Numbered from the stretch's first letter, positions 34,524 to 45,085 are shown. The stretch: 64,000 nt of DNA from Candidatus Latescibacterota bacterium (GCA_963791045.1 CAWBQK010000001.1:128001-192000); one strand, 5' to 3'. Notes: generated by a model from the letters alone, not told the origin. A program made the numbers and translations.

Positions 34524-35203
34524 TCCCCGCCACTACCGCCCTTTTCCTCGACGATACCAACCGACGCGCTGCATCCCAACCGCGTCGCCCCCGCCGCGAT
34601 CAACTCTTCCGCCTGGCCGCGCGTCCGGATTCCGCCGGCGGCTTTTATGCCGACATCTTTTCCGACGGCGGAAGCAATAATCCGAATATCACCGGGGCTG
34701 GCCCCGCGCGACGCAAAACCGGTCGATGTCTTTATGAAATCAGCCCCCGCGCCGGCGCCCAGTAAAGCTGCCTCAGAGATTCCGTCTTCATCAAGATACG
34801 CCGTTTCTATAATGAGCTTGAAAACGGCGCTCCCCGAGAGCATATCGGCGAGGGCCCTCGTCTCGCTCTCAACGACATCCCGTCGTCCGGAAAGAAACGC
34901 GCCGACGTTCATCACGACATCGATTTCGACCGCGCCCGACGCAAGAAGTACGTCAGCCTGACGGAGTTTGTCCGCCGGCGGCTCCCAACCGAACGGAAAA
35001 CCGGCAACCGAGCAAACGGCGAGTCCGCTTTGCCCCACACTCTCCACCGCCGTCCGGACAAAGCACGGCGGCACCACGACGGCGGCGAAACCGTAACGCT
35101 TCGCCTCGGAACAAACTCTTTCCACATCCGCTTCGCCCGCGCTCGATTTCAAAATCGTGTGATCGATCATGCCCGCGAGTCTTGCGCTGTTTTTGTCCAC
35201 CAT
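34520..35203 (-). CDS. deoC: Deoxyribose-phosphate aldolase
   Basis: IDHTIL, GFPFG, EIDVVMN, KLIIET, FIKTSTGF, IKAAGGIR; GAGG RBS before ATG 35203. Confidence 0.95.
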   Translation of the reverse strand: MVDKNSARLAGMIDHTILKSSAGEADVERVCSEAKRYGFAAVVVPPCFVRTAVESVGQSGLAVCSVAGFPFGWEPPADKLRQADVLLASGAVEIDVVMNVGAFLSGRRDVVESETRALADMLSGSAVFKLIIETAYLDEDGISEAALLGAGAGADFIKTSTGFASRGASPGDIRIIASAVGKDVGIKAAGGIRTRGQAEELIAAGATRLGCSASVGIVEEKGGSGGD

Positions 35204-35267
35204 CTTCCTCACCTTCAAAAAAACCGGCATTCACAACCCGCGCTTCCAGTATCACGCGCGGGGTCGT

Positions 35268-36455
35268 CTATCCCGACACATCCTTCAAAAAACTCGTTCC
35301 CGGCATGTCGGCATCCACGCCAAAACACTCCGCAATGGTCATTCCGGCATCGGCGAACGTCGCACGTACCCCCAGGTCCCTCCCCGGCGCGCCGCGAATC
35401 ATCATTTTTGAATATGCAAGCAGCGGCACAAACTCACGGCTGTGATCTGTGCTTGGAGTCGTCGGATCGTTACCGTGGTCGGATGTTATAATAAGAAGGG
35501 TGTCATCTCCAATGTCCGCCATGAGCTGCCGGAGATACGAATCGAAATCCTCGAGGCCGAGCGCATACGCTCTCGCGTCGTTTCTGTGTCCCCACATCGT
35601 GTCAAAGTCCACGAGGTTTGCAAAAACAAACGGCCACTCTTCCGTAGCGGCGATATCGAGGATGGCCTCCATTCCCTCTCTGTTGTTCTTCGTAGGAATG
35701 AATCGCGTGATCCCCCGGCCCGCGAAGAGATCGTGGATCTTGCCGATCGTAAGCACCGGGATTCCCTTGTCGACGAGCACGTCCAGGACGGTATGTTTCG
35801 GCGGCGGGAGCGAGAAATCACGCCGGCCCGCCGTACGATAAAACCCACCCACCTCACCGGCAAACGGCCGCGCGATCACGCGCGCAACGCCGTGCGGAGG
35901 GCACAGTATCTCGCGGGCGATCTCGCAGAAGCGGTACAGCTCGTCGACGGCGAGAACCGACTCGTGCGCGGCGATCTGGAACACGCTGTCCTGGGAGGTA
36001 TAGAGAATGGGGCTGCCCGTATCGAGGTGTTCTTCTCCAAGCTCCTGGATGATCACCGTACCGCTACACGGTTTGTTCCCGATGACGCGCCTGCCGATCG
36101 AGTCTTCGAACACGGCAACAACCTCGCCAGGGAAACCGTTCGGGTATACGGGAAACGGCTCGTCTGGAATACAACCCATCAGCTCCCAATGCCCGCTGAT
36201 GCTGTCTTTGCCCGGCGACACCGGCGTCATCCGGCCGAAAAACGCCGCCGGTTTTTCAACGGGAGGAACACCTTCGATGGACGTAATGTTGCCCAACCCG
36301 AGGGATCCGAGCACCGGCAACCGCAGGGTTCCAACATGGCACGCGGTGTTGCCGAGGCTGTTGCTCCCCACGTCGCCGAAATCGGAAGCGTCCGGCGCTT
36401 CACCAACACCGACACCATCAAGGATAACGCAGATGATCTTTTTGAAATTATTCAA
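35268..36455 (-). CDS. deoB: Phosphopentomutase
   Basis: LDGVGVG, GKDSISGHWE, RVIARPF, NLVDFDTMWGHRND, DHGNDPT, DHSRE. Confidence 0.95.
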   Translation of the reverse strand: MNNFKKIICVILDGVGVGEAPDASDFGDVGSNSLGNTACHVGTLRLPVLGSLGLGNITSIEGVPPVEKPAAFFGRMTPVSPGKDSISGHWELMGCIPDEPFPVYPNGFPGEVVAVFEDSIGRRVIGNKPCSGTVIIQELGEEHLDTGSPILYTSQDSVFQIAAHESVLAVDELYRFCEIAREILCPPHGVARVIARPFAGEVGGFYRTAGRRDFSLPPPKHTVLDVLVDKGIPVLTIGKIHDLFAGRGITRFIPTKNNREGMEAILDIAATEEWPFVFANLVDFDTMWGHRNDARAYALGLEDFDSYLRQLMADIGDDTLLIITSDHGNDPTTPSTDHSREFVPLLAYSKMMIRGAPGRDLGVRATFADAGMTIAECFGVDADMPGTSFLKDVSG

Positions 36456-36519
36456 TGATCCGGCTTTGATTTGTCATGGCACAGGCGGGTCATGCAACGA
36501 GGAAATTCCTGCCGTGGTC

Positions 36520-37697
36520 TCAAACACTCACGTGGTTCGGGATCACTCCAAGAAGCGACTTGAACGCCTCAACCTTGCCCCGCCGGAAATAGGTCCGGGG
36601 AACACGCTTGCTGATACCGCAGAGTATTTCGTACGAAATCGTTCCGGCCCACCCGGCAAGATCGTCCAGGGATATTTCCGCGTCGCCGTCCGACCCCATC
36701 AACACAACTTCATCCCCGACACTCGGCCGCGGCGTAACATCGCTCAGATCGATCATGGTCATGTCCATGGTGACACGCCCCATAATCGGGACGATCGATT
36801 CCCCGACGATCATTCGACCCTTATTCGACAATCCGAACGGATACCCATGACCATACCCGACGGGGACGATTCCCATCAACGTATCGCGTTCGGTTGAAAA
36901 TGTCCGGCCGTAGCTGATAGAAGTTCCCTTTGGCATGTCCCGTACCTGAACGAGTCTCGACTTCCAGCTCATAACCGGTTTGACCTCGAGTGAGCGCTGC
37001 GCGCCCGGCTGAAAATGACCGTATGCGAGAAGCCCCGGGCGGATCATGCGGAGATGGGTTTCCGGCAGACCGGCAACCGCCGCGCTGTTCGCGCTATGGA
37101 TTATGGGGACGGTCGGCACCTCTATCTTTCAACTCTTCGACAAGCTCGAGGAATCGCAGCAGCTGGTCCTTCGTGAAATCCGGATCGCTGTCGGACACCG
37201 GATAGTGGGTGAATAGTCCACCCAGGCGGAGCCCTTCGAGCGCGTGGACTTTCTCAACGAGCTCGAACGCGTCTCCAACCGAAGAACCCGGTGCGGCCCA
37301 TGCCCGTGTCGATCTCGACATGAACTTCGGTTGTGGTCTTTCGTCTTCGCCGCATAACCGGCGATCGCCCTGGCAAAATCGAGCGACGATACCGTCGTAG
37401 CAAAACCGTTGTCGACGACGCCGGGAATTTCATGTTCGAGGCTCGGGCTCAGAATGAGGATTCTCTTGCGGACACCGGCATTTCCCAGCTCGAGCGCCTC
37501 GTCAAGCGTGGCAACGCCGAACCAATCCACGAGCTCCCCGGCCGCCTGCGCGATGTGAACCGCGCCGTGACCGTAGGCGTCGGCCTTGATCGTGAGCAGA
37601 CACCGACACGTTGTTCGCCAATGGATTTGCGAATCGCTTCCAGATTGCCGACTAACGTGTCGAGATTGATTTCAACCCATGTGGGCAGCTTTTTCAC
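36520..37697 (-). CDS. alr: Alanine racemase (about 4 apparent frameshifts)
   Basis: WVEINL, IKADAYGHG, FGVATLDEA, EIDTGMGR, FTHY, HSANS, RPG, ISYG, GRVTMD, YEILC in successive frames; shifts ~37600, 37335, 37282, 37115. Confidence 0.9.
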
Positions 37698-37810
37698 TTC
37701 AAGACCTCAAGAATCGTTGATGCACGGCCACTATCGATTAAAGCATATACCATGCCCGCAATCGACTGATTGCAGTCCAAGCTATCGCAACACTCACCGA
37801 ACGGTCAAAC

Positions 37811-37839
37811 AAAAAAAGGCGCACCGGAGTGCGCCTTTT
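37811..37839. terminator. Intrinsic terminator after the lipoprotein gene
   Basis: AAAAGGCGCAC-CGGA-GTGCGCCTTTT. Confidence 0.8.
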
Positions 37840-37847
37840 CGACAATC

Positions 37848-38636
37848 TCAAATCTTTGGAAGCGGGATCATCCGGAAATGATCTGGTCTCCGTATTTGAT
37901 ATAGTTGGATCTCGACCGTTCCGGCGATTTTGGATTTCATCCGGTCGCCGTACGCCTCGACCTCGGTCATCGTCATCCCGCCCTCGAATGTGTATCCTTT
38001 TTCCGCAAAGAGCTTGAGGAAGAGTCCCAATCCGTCCGACGGATCCGTGACACGGAACTTGGCGTTAGCGCCGTGGATCATGTAGAACGGCCGGCCTTCT
38101 TCCATCTCGCGGGTGATTTTCCCGGTCACGCGGATCTTTTTGTCGACAAGACCGCGAAGAGCACCCGTTCGGTTGAACGGGATATTGTCGAGGTTCGTCT
38201 CCTCAAAACCGTCGAGCCCGAACTCGGCGGCATTCCAGAGTTTGGGATAGACAATGGCGCCAGCCTGGGTCATGAAAGTAGTATCGATTTCGGTATAAAT
38301 CTTTTCGACTTTGAAATGAACATACGGCGAAAACTCTTTCACGACGGCTAACTGGAAATCGGCGCCCAGTTTGCTGGCAAGTTTGTCCTCGAGACTACGC
38401 CCACCAATAAACTCGAGCAGATTGCCTTCGCGAATCAGACCGAGACTCCGGTTCAACGCGACGACTTCGGGGTTGTCGAATTTATACTTCATCCCCTTGC
38501 TAACAACTGTCGAACGCGTGACCTGTCTCAGTGAGACCTGCGCATACGGATCGACTTCACTGCCCTCATCACAAGCGATAAACAGCGATGCGAGAAGTGC
38601 GACGATGACTGCATTTAACACGATATTCTTGAACAT
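37848..38636 (-). CDS. Hypothetical lipoprotein (true stop possibly 37868 after a +1 error at ~37905)
   Basis: Lipobox FIAC, AGGAG RBS; one-base correction gives ...VEINYIKYGDQIISG-stop. Confidence 0.75.
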   Translation of the reverse strand: MFKNIVLNAVIVALLASLFIACDEGSEVDPYAQVSLRQVTRSTVVSKGMKYKFDNPEVVALNRSLGLIREGNLLEFIGGRSLEDKLASKLGADFQLAVVKEFSPYVHFKVEKIYTEIDTTFMTQAGAIVYPKLWNAAEFGLDGFEETNLDNIPFNRTGALRGLVDKKIRVTGKITREMEEGRPFYMIHGANAKFRVTDPSDGLGLFLKLFAEKGYTFEGGMTMTEVEAYGDRMKSKIAGTVEIQLYQIRRPDHFRMIPLPKI

Positions 38637-38744
38637 TAAAAGCACGCTCCTACGTTCCGACTCAGATTGACTTCATCAACCTTGACACTACCCATTAGGG
38701 AACGATTTCAGGTGGGGATCAAAAAGCCGCCATGCGGTAAGAGG

Positions 38745-38774
38745 AAATTACCACTGGCGGTTAGCGTCTGTCAA
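38745..38774 (-). promoter_or_regulatory. Putative promoter for the lipoprotein gene
   Basis: TTGACA-N18-TAATTT with TG extension. Confidence 0.5.
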
Positions 38775-39172
38775 CCCGAAAAAAGAACACAATTGGATTG
38801 GCGGCCCTGGCCAACCTCCCCATCGTCGCATCTCCGCGTCCGATTCGCCCCCCCTCCCATACTCCCCGCGGGCGGTCAGATCAGCGGGATTCTAGCACCC
38901 GGCGGAGCCCTCAAGCGCCCGTCTAAAACCGCCTCCGAAACCCAGTTCGCGCCCCTGGAAGTCGTCCGATTCTAACTGCGAAGCCCGGGTTGGGCGTGAC
39001 CCGCCAAAGTATTTTTAATCGTTTGAGGCACAAGGAGTTGGATGCACCAATAACCAGGCAAAATTACTTGACTTTTTGCCTGGTTCCGTGTTTTCTTATG
39101 TACAGAGCCCCACCTGACAACGAGTTACTCCAGTAGTGACAGATGTATCCCCGCGATAACAAGGATGGTCTC

Positions 39173-41644
39173 ATGAGACGCAACTTACCCATATACCTAG
39201 TCTTGGCCGCGGTACTCCTTGCGATGCCCACTTGGAGTTTGGCCCGCTGGGCTCCCGAGACAAAAAAGAGCAAAGATACGTTCCCGGGTATGCAGCGTAT
39301 TCTGGTGTTGGACGGGTCGAACGTTCACAACGTGGGCGAATTGCATATGCACGTGGCAAACTGGGGCAACTTCGGCTCGTGGCCCGGCTCCGGGCAGCAA
39401 TTCTCCGAAGCTCCATCGGCGCAGTGGCCGGCCGGTAGCGGCGTTGAATATCTGTATACATCGGGTCTCTGGGTCGGGGCACTCAAAAGCGGTGTCCCCG
39501 CCGTTTCGACGGCGGCGTTTGCAACCGAGTTCAGACCTACGCAGGATCCCATCGACAAAATTTACCGGACAGCCGAAGGCGCCCGCGGGGGCAATCGGCT
39601 TCCCTCTCCCGATGCGGACGATGACAAAGACGGAATGGTGGATGAGGATTGGCTGAACGGACGTGACGATGACCTCGACGGCCTGGTCGACGAGGACTTT
39701 GCGTCGGTTTCCAAGCAGATGTTTAGTTGCTGGTACACCGACGATCAGCCGATCGCGATCCAGATCTTCCCGGAACACAACCCCTTGAATCTCCTGATCA
39801 AGCAGGAGAGCTTTCAGTGGGAGGAAGACCGCTTCGACGACTTTGTCGGAATCGAATTCAAACTCACAAATATTGGCAACGACATTCTCGAAGACCTCTA
39901 TATCGGGTTCTTCGCCGACTGTGACGCCGGCGCCCGTACAACGGACAATTACTGGGAAGATGACGCGAGCGGGCATGTCGCGCCTCCTCCGCTGTGTACG
40001 GACCTCGGCCCCGTTCTCGTCGACATCGCTTACACGTACGACGCGGATGGAGACAACGGAACAACGCTCGGATACTTTGGCGTAATGTTCCTCGGACACA
40101 CAGTTGACCCCACGGGCGAGACGGCGCCTGAGCGAGTCGGTATCAGCACCTACGCGAACTTTTCCGGGCAGCAGTCATTTGAAGAGGGCGGAGATCCCAC
40201 AAACGACTTTGAACGTTACGAGCTGCTCTCCCAGGAGACGATCGAGCGCGACGCGGTGGTTCCGCGTGACTATCGAATGCTCATGAGCGCCGGTCCGTTC
40301 GTGGAGCTTTTCCCCGATAGTTCACTCGTTTTTCAGACCGCGTTTGTCGCTGGTGAGGGCCAGGCAGGGATGATCGCGAACGCCGCCAACGCCCAGCTCA
40401 CATACGACGGCGCGTGGTTCAACCTCGATGGTAACAGGACGACCGGCGCCGACTACCGTGAGACGGCAGTCATCGGCCCCGCGGAAAACGTCGCCATCGA
40501 TACCTGCCGTGCCGAATACCGAAACCCGATTCCGTTGATCCCGCGCGGCACGACACTCTGGATCAATAACGACTGCGCGAAGGAAGGGTTCTTCCAGCTC
40601 TTCTGTGGCTATACGGACGACGACAGTTTGAAATTCAGGACCGGGGTTGACGGGAAAGAAACTCAGATCAACTGGATCGTGGGAACCGCTCCGCCGGCGC
40701 CGAACATGCGTCTCGACGACCACTCGGCGGGCGGGCTTACAATTTACTGGGACAATTTCAGCCAGTCCGTTCCGGATGTCAAAACCCAGAAATTCGACTT
40801 TGAAGGGTACAGGGTGTGGCGGGCCGATAACTGGGGACGTCCACTGGGTAGTTCCGTAGAGAATGGTCCGGCGGCCGAACTTTGGAAGCTTTTGTTCGAG
40901 GCCGACGTGGTCAACAATTTTGGCCAAGACACGGGGCTCGACCGCTACCGCTACGAACCGCTCGTGAGCACACTCTCAGCGTCGCAGAAGAGCGATTTCA
41001 TCCGTTCGATGGAACAGTACCTTCTCGAGTTCCCGGGCAAAGAACCTCCCTGTCCTCCCGGTGTCACACCGGAAGTGTGCGACACACTTTCGCGCCTTGC
41101 CAAGTGGTCGATCGGCGCGGACGGCGGACGTCAGTATTACAAGTATATCGATCGTTCGATGCACCTTGGCCGCCACTACTTCTATTCGGTAACGGCGCTG
41201 GATCACGGACTGGACGATGACAACAACCTCTTTGAAGGAAAAGCGGGCGATCCGTCATCGAACTTCCAGTACGTCCAGCCCAATTCCGTTTCGAGAGCGG
41301 CGTACGAATACCAGGAAGGCGACATCTACGTGGTGCCCAACCCGGCAACTACCGCGTCGATGGCTGAATGGCCAAGCCTCGAGCCGAACAACGACGATCC
41401 AACGGGTATTAAGGTAGAGTTCAGGAACCTGCCGCGTTCGCGGGGAACCATCCGCGTATACACGCTCTCTGGCGACCTTGTGGAAGAACTGCCGTTTGAT
41501 GGAAACACCGGTATCGGAACGGTCCGGTGGGACCTCGTCAGCCGAAACATGCAGGATGTTGCGAGCGGTATCTATCTCTATTCGGTCGAGACCGACGACA
41601 CGAACTTCGACCGGTTCGTCGGCAAGTTCGTGGTTATTCGCTAA
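39173..41644 (+). CDS. Large secreted protein with Ca-binding DxDxDG repeats, FN3-like region and T9SS-like C-terminal domain
   Basis: Signal peptide; DDDKDGMVDED/DDDLDGLVDED; FEGYRVWR...YFYSVTALD; VVPNP...FRNLP...WDL...ASGIYLY...GKFVVIR. Confidence 0.8.
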   Translation: MRRNLPIYLVLAAVLLAMPTWSLARWAPETKKSKDTFPGMQRILVLDGSNVHNVGELHMHVANWGNFGSWPGSGQQFSEAPSAQWPAGSGVEYLYTSGLWVGALKSGVPAVSTAAFATEFRPTQDPIDKIYRTAEGARGGNRLPSPDADDDKDGMVDEDWLNGRDDDLDGLVDEDFASVSKQMFSCWYTDDQPIAIQIFPEHNPLNLLIKQESFQWEEDRFDDFVGIEFKLTNIGNDILEDLYIGFFADCDAGARTTDNYWEDDASGHVAPPPLCTDLGPVLVDIAYTYDADGDNGTTLGYFGVMFLGHTVDPTGETAPERVGISTYANFSGQQSFEEGGDPTNDFERYELLSQETIERDAVVPRDYRMLMSAGPFVELFPDSSLVFQTAFVAGEGQAGMIANAANAQLTYDGAWFNLDGNRTTGADYRETAVIGPAENVAIDTCRAEYRNPIPLIPRGTTLWINNDCAKEGFFQLFCGYTDDDSLKFRTGVDGKETQINWIVGTAPPAPNMRLDDHSAGGLTIYWDNFSQSVPDVKTQKFDFEGYRVWRADNWGRPLGSSVENGPAAELWKLLFEADVVNNFGQDTGLDRYRYEPLVSTLSASQKSDFIRSMEQYLLEFPGKEPPCPPGVTPEVCDTLSRLAKWSIGADGGRQYYKYIDRSMHLGRHYFYSVTALDHGLDDDNNLFEGKAGDPSSNFQYVQPNSVSRAAYEYQEGDIYVVPNPATTASMAEWPSLEPNNDDPTGIKVEFRNLPRSRGTIRVYTLSGDLVEELPFDGNTGIGTVRWDLVSRNMQDVASGIYLYSVETDDTNFDRFVGKFVVIR

Positions 41645-41669
41645 AGCATAACTAATCGCTGTCTCAAAG

Positions 41670-41707
41670 CAAGAGGCCCTGGAGTTTACTCCAGGGCCTC
41701 TTGTTTC
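41670..41707 (+). terminator. Intrinsic terminator (long perfect hairpin)
   Basis: CAAGAGGCCCTGGAG/CTCCAGGGCCTCTTG followed by TTT. Confidence 0.85.
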
Positions 41708-41826
41708 GAGCATTGTTTGCGGGGCCGGCAACAAAGCGGTTGTGCGGGGGCATTAAAAGAGGGTGACGGTTTGACCCATCACCCTCTTAACTTTCAACTC
41801 ATGTCGCGGCGGCCGACAACCGATAT

Positions 41827-42813
41827 CTAGCCGTTCACAAGTTTTTTCAATTCCTCCGTCAGCAAGGGAACAACCTCGAACAGGTCGCCTTCGATCCCAT
41901 AGTCCGAATACTGGAAAATCGGAGCGTTCGGATCCTTGTTTATCGAAACGATCACTTTGGATGTTCTCATACCGACGAGATGCTGGATGGCGCCCGACAC
42001 GCCGCAAGCAAAATAGAGTTTTGGATTGACGACCTTGCCGGTCTGCCCGATCTGTTTTGAATGCTCCGAGTAACCCGCGTCCACCGCGGCACGTGACGCG
42101 CCGACCGACCCGCCGAGTACATCCGCCAGATCCTCGAGAATCTTGAAATTCTCTTCACTCTTGATAGACCGTCCACCCGCGACGATGACTTCGGCTTCGG
42201 TCACGTCTTTACGCCCCGTCGATACGCCCTCCACCCCCGTCACTACCGCGCCGATCTGATCTTCCGTCACTGGAAGCGCGACTTCGACAACTTCCGCACC
42301 GCCACCGGACTTTTCAGCCGCGGGGAAAATATTCGGCCGGATGGAGGCCATCTTCAGCCCGTCTTTGGTCGACACCACGGTCGCGTACACCTTGCCCGAA
42401 AAAACGGGGCGCTTGACCTTGAGGGCACCGTCTTCGAAATCGACATCCGTGCAGTCGGTCATCAGGGCCGCCCCGAGGCGTGCCGCCAGGCGGGCTGACA
42501 GATCCTTGCCCGTCGCCGTTGCGCCAAACAACAAGACTCCGGGATCTGCTTCTTTGACCACGGCTTCGAGACCACCGGCAAAACCCTCCGTCGAATATTT
42601 GGCCAGAACAGGGCTCTTTACGGTGAATACTTTCTGTACGTCAAACCCCTTTGCCTCCTCGACCGCCTGGTCGACTCCGTCACCCAATACCGCGATGTGC
42701 ACGCCGCCTCCACTCTTCTCCGCAAGCGTCTTCGCGGCGGTTACAAGCTCGCCGTTAATTTTTTTGAAATCGCCATCGCGAATCTCTGCGAATACCAGGA
42801 TATCGTTTGTCAT
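41827..42813 (-). CDS. etfA: Electron transfer flavoprotein alpha subunit
   Basis: VAGGR, GASRAAVD, QIGQTGK, GVSGAIQH, INKD. Confidence 0.95.
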   Translation of the reverse strand: MTNDILVFAEIRDGDFKKINGELVTAAKTLAEKSGGGVHIAVLGDGVDQAVEEAKGFDVQKVFTVKSPVLAKYSTEGFAGGLEAVVKEADPGVLLFGATATGKDLSARLAARLGAALMTDCTDVDFEDGALKVKRPVFSGKVYATVVSTKDGLKMASIRPNIFPAAEKSGGGAEVVEVALPVTEDQIGAVVTGVEGVSTGRKDVTEAEVIVAGGRSIKSEENFKILEDLADVLGGSVGASRAAVDAGYSEHSKQIGQTGKVVNPKLYFACGVSGAIQHLVGMRTSKVIVSINKDPNAPIFQYSDYGIEGDLFEVVPLLTEELKKLVNG

Positions 42814-42864
42814 TTTTGTTCCGGGACGACGTCCCGACTCCTTTCCATTTCTTGAATCAATGTC

Positions 42865-43665
42865 CTAGATTACTTTCGCATCTTCGCGCAGCGCGCGGAC
42901 CAGTTCCGTCACTTGCTGCGCCGGCTCCCCTTCGATCATTTTGCAGGGGGGGCGAGCGGACAGCGGTTCATAACCGACGACTCTGGTCGCGGAACCCGCC
43001 GCGCCCACCTGGTCTTCGCTCAAACCATCCAGGTCGGCCAGCGTGATTTTCTTTATCTCTTTCTTTTTTGCTTTCATGATACCGGGAAGGGATGCGTAGC
43101 GAGGCTCGTTGAGCCCCTTCTCACAGGTCACAACCGCGGGAAGCTTGACGTCGACGACCTCGTCTCCGCCCTCGACACTCCGTCGCGCGATAAACCCGGT
43201 CTTGTCATCATTCATTTCGAAACCTACCACGACCTGAACCTGGGGAATCCCGAGGTGCTCGGCGACGGCGGCGCAAACTTGCGACGAATCGTAATCGATT
43301 CCCTGCTTGCCCCCGAAGATAATGTCGAAACCCATCGAGCCCACGACACCGGCGAGAATCTTCGCATTGTTCAGCGAATCGCCGCCTTCCATCGCGGGAT
43401 CCCATACGTGGACCGCTTCATCGGCGCCCATCGCCAGGGCCGTTCTCAGTGACTCGATAACCCTATCGGGGCCGAGCGAGATAACCGTCACCGTGGTATC
43501 GTCCTTGAATTTCTCTTTGAGTTGGAGCCCCGCTTCAACGGCGTATTCGTCAAACGTGCTCATCACCCATTTGATCCCCTGCTCTTCGACCGTCGACCGG
43601 TCAGAGGACAGTTTTATTTTTGTTTCCGTATCAGGAACGTTCTTTACTAAGACACCTATCTTCAC
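42865..43665 (-). CDS. etfB: Electron transfer flavoprotein beta subunit
   Basis: KNVPD, DEYAVE, ALAMGAD, GKQGID, NEPRYASLPGIMKAKKK; AGGAGG RBS before GTG 43665. Confidence 0.95.
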   Translation of the reverse strand: MKIGVLVKNVPDTETKIKLSSDRSTVEEQGIKWVMSTFDEYAVEAGLQLKEKFKDDTTVTVISLGPDRVIESLRTALAMGADEAVHVWDPAMEGGDSLNNAKILAGVVGSMGFDIIFGGKQGIDYDSSQVCAAVAEHLGIPQVQVVVGFEMNDDKTGFIARRSVEGGDEVVDVKLPAVVTCEKGLNEPRYASLPGIMKAKKKEIKKITLADLDGLSEDQVGAAGSATRVVGYEPLSARPPCKMIEGEPAQQVTELVRALREDAKVI

Positions 43666-43732
43666 CCTGGGACCTCCTGTTATCACCGTGCCGGGCTTTC
43701 TCATCCACCCGCGACCGGTCAGTTTCTCCTTG

Positions 43733-44881
43733 TTAGCCTCTCAGGTAGGCTCTCGAAACGACGATTCTTTGGACTTCGCTTGTTCCTTCGTAGATTTCTG
43801 TGATTCTCGCGTCGCGATAGTAACGTTCAACGGGGAAATCCTTGAGATAACCGGCGCCACCGTGGATCTGCACCGCGTCGCGTGCGACCTTGTTCGAAAT
43901 TTCAGACGCGAACAATTTGGCCATCGCCGCTTCCTTGGTGTGCGGGACACCCCTGTCGCGCAGTCTCGATGCCCTGTAAACCAACAACCGGGCCGCATCG
44001 ATCTGGGTGGCCATGTCCGCTATCTTCCATTGGATCGCCTGAAATTCGCCGATGGCTCTCCCGAACTGTTCGCGCTCGCGTGCGTAAGCAACCGAAGCAT
44101 CGAGACAGGCCCGCGCAATTCCCACGGCCTGTGTCCCGATCCCGATCCGCCCTCCGTCGAGAGTCGCCATGGCGATCTTGAACCCTTCGCCTTCAGCGCC
44201 AAGCATGTTAGCTGCCGGCACCCGGCAGTCCTCGAAAATAAGCTCGGTTGTGCTTGAAGCACGCAAACCAAGTTTGTCTTCTTTTTTACCGACACTAAAA
44301 CCCGGCGTGTCGCGTTCGACGATAAACGCGCTTATGCCCTTTACTTTTTGTTCGGGATCGGTTTTCACCAGAACGACGTAAACATCAGCATTCGCACCCG
44401 TCGTTATCCACAGCTTCGTGCCCGTCAAAACATAGTCGTCACCGTCTTTGACCGCACGGCACTGAATCGACGCCGCATCGGTCCCCGCGTCGGCTTCGCT
44501 AAGCGCATACGCGCCCAAATATTCGCCCGAAGCGAGCTTCGGCAGATATCTCTTCTTCAGATCGTCGCTCCCGTATTTCATGATCGGAGAGTTGACCAGT
44601 GAGTTCTGTACCGACATCGTCACGCCGGTCGAGGCACACGCGCGGTTGATTTCCTCAAGCGCGAGAACCGCACAAAAGTTACTCAGCCCCGACCCGCCGT
44701 ATTCTTCGGGGACGAGCATTCCCATGAAACCCAATTCCCCGAGTTTCTTGACAATGTCCGTCGGGAATTGCGCCTTCGCATCGTTCTCAGCGGCAACCGG
44801 CATTATTTCGGATTCGGCAAACTCGCGCGCCGTATCCTGAATCATTCGTTCTTCTTCAGATAAATCAAAAAACGCTGACAT
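43733..44881 (-). CDS. Acyl-CoA dehydrogenase (short/branched-chain, Bcd-like)
   Basis: YALSEADAGTD, KLWIT, KLGLRAS, LDGGRIGI, QIHGGAGY, IYEGTSEVQR. Confidence 0.93.
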   Translation of the reverse strand: MSAFFDLSEEERMIQDTAREFAESEIMPVAAENDAKAQFPTDIVKKLGELGFMGMLVPEEYGGSGLSNFCAVLALEEINRACASTGVTMSVQNSLVNSPIMKYGSDDLKKRYLPKLASGEYLGAYALSEADAGTDAASIQCRAVKDGDDYVLTGTKLWITTGANADVYVVLVKTDPEQKVKGISAFIVERDTPGFSVGKKEDKLGLRASSTTELIFEDCRVPAANMLGAEGEGFKIAMATLDGGRIGIGTQAVGIARACLDASVAYAREREQFGRAIGEFQAIQWKIADMATQIDAARLLVYRASRLRDRGVPHTKEAAMAKLFASEISNKVARDAVQIHGGAGYLKDFPVERYYRDARITEIYEGTSEVQRIVVSRAYLRG

Positions 44882-44982
44882 ACAACACACCCCTCGTTGG
44901 CCCCAAAAGTCCACGTAAAATCGAAGAGACTTTCCTGGAAAGGATTTACTGAGTAGGGTTTACACTTCGTGACCGTCTTGTG

Positions 44983-45011
44983 ATCCTACACCCGGTCACA
45001 CCGCTTGTCAA
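44983..45011 (-). promoter_or_regulatory. Putative promoter of the acd-etfBA operon
   Basis: TTGACA-N17-TAGGAT. Confidence 0.65.
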
Positions 45012-45085
45012 TTGGAATTGGCCATGAGGGGCGTGGGAACCAATCCATACGAGCACGCGGCAACGGCGCTCTGCGCGCCCCTCAC

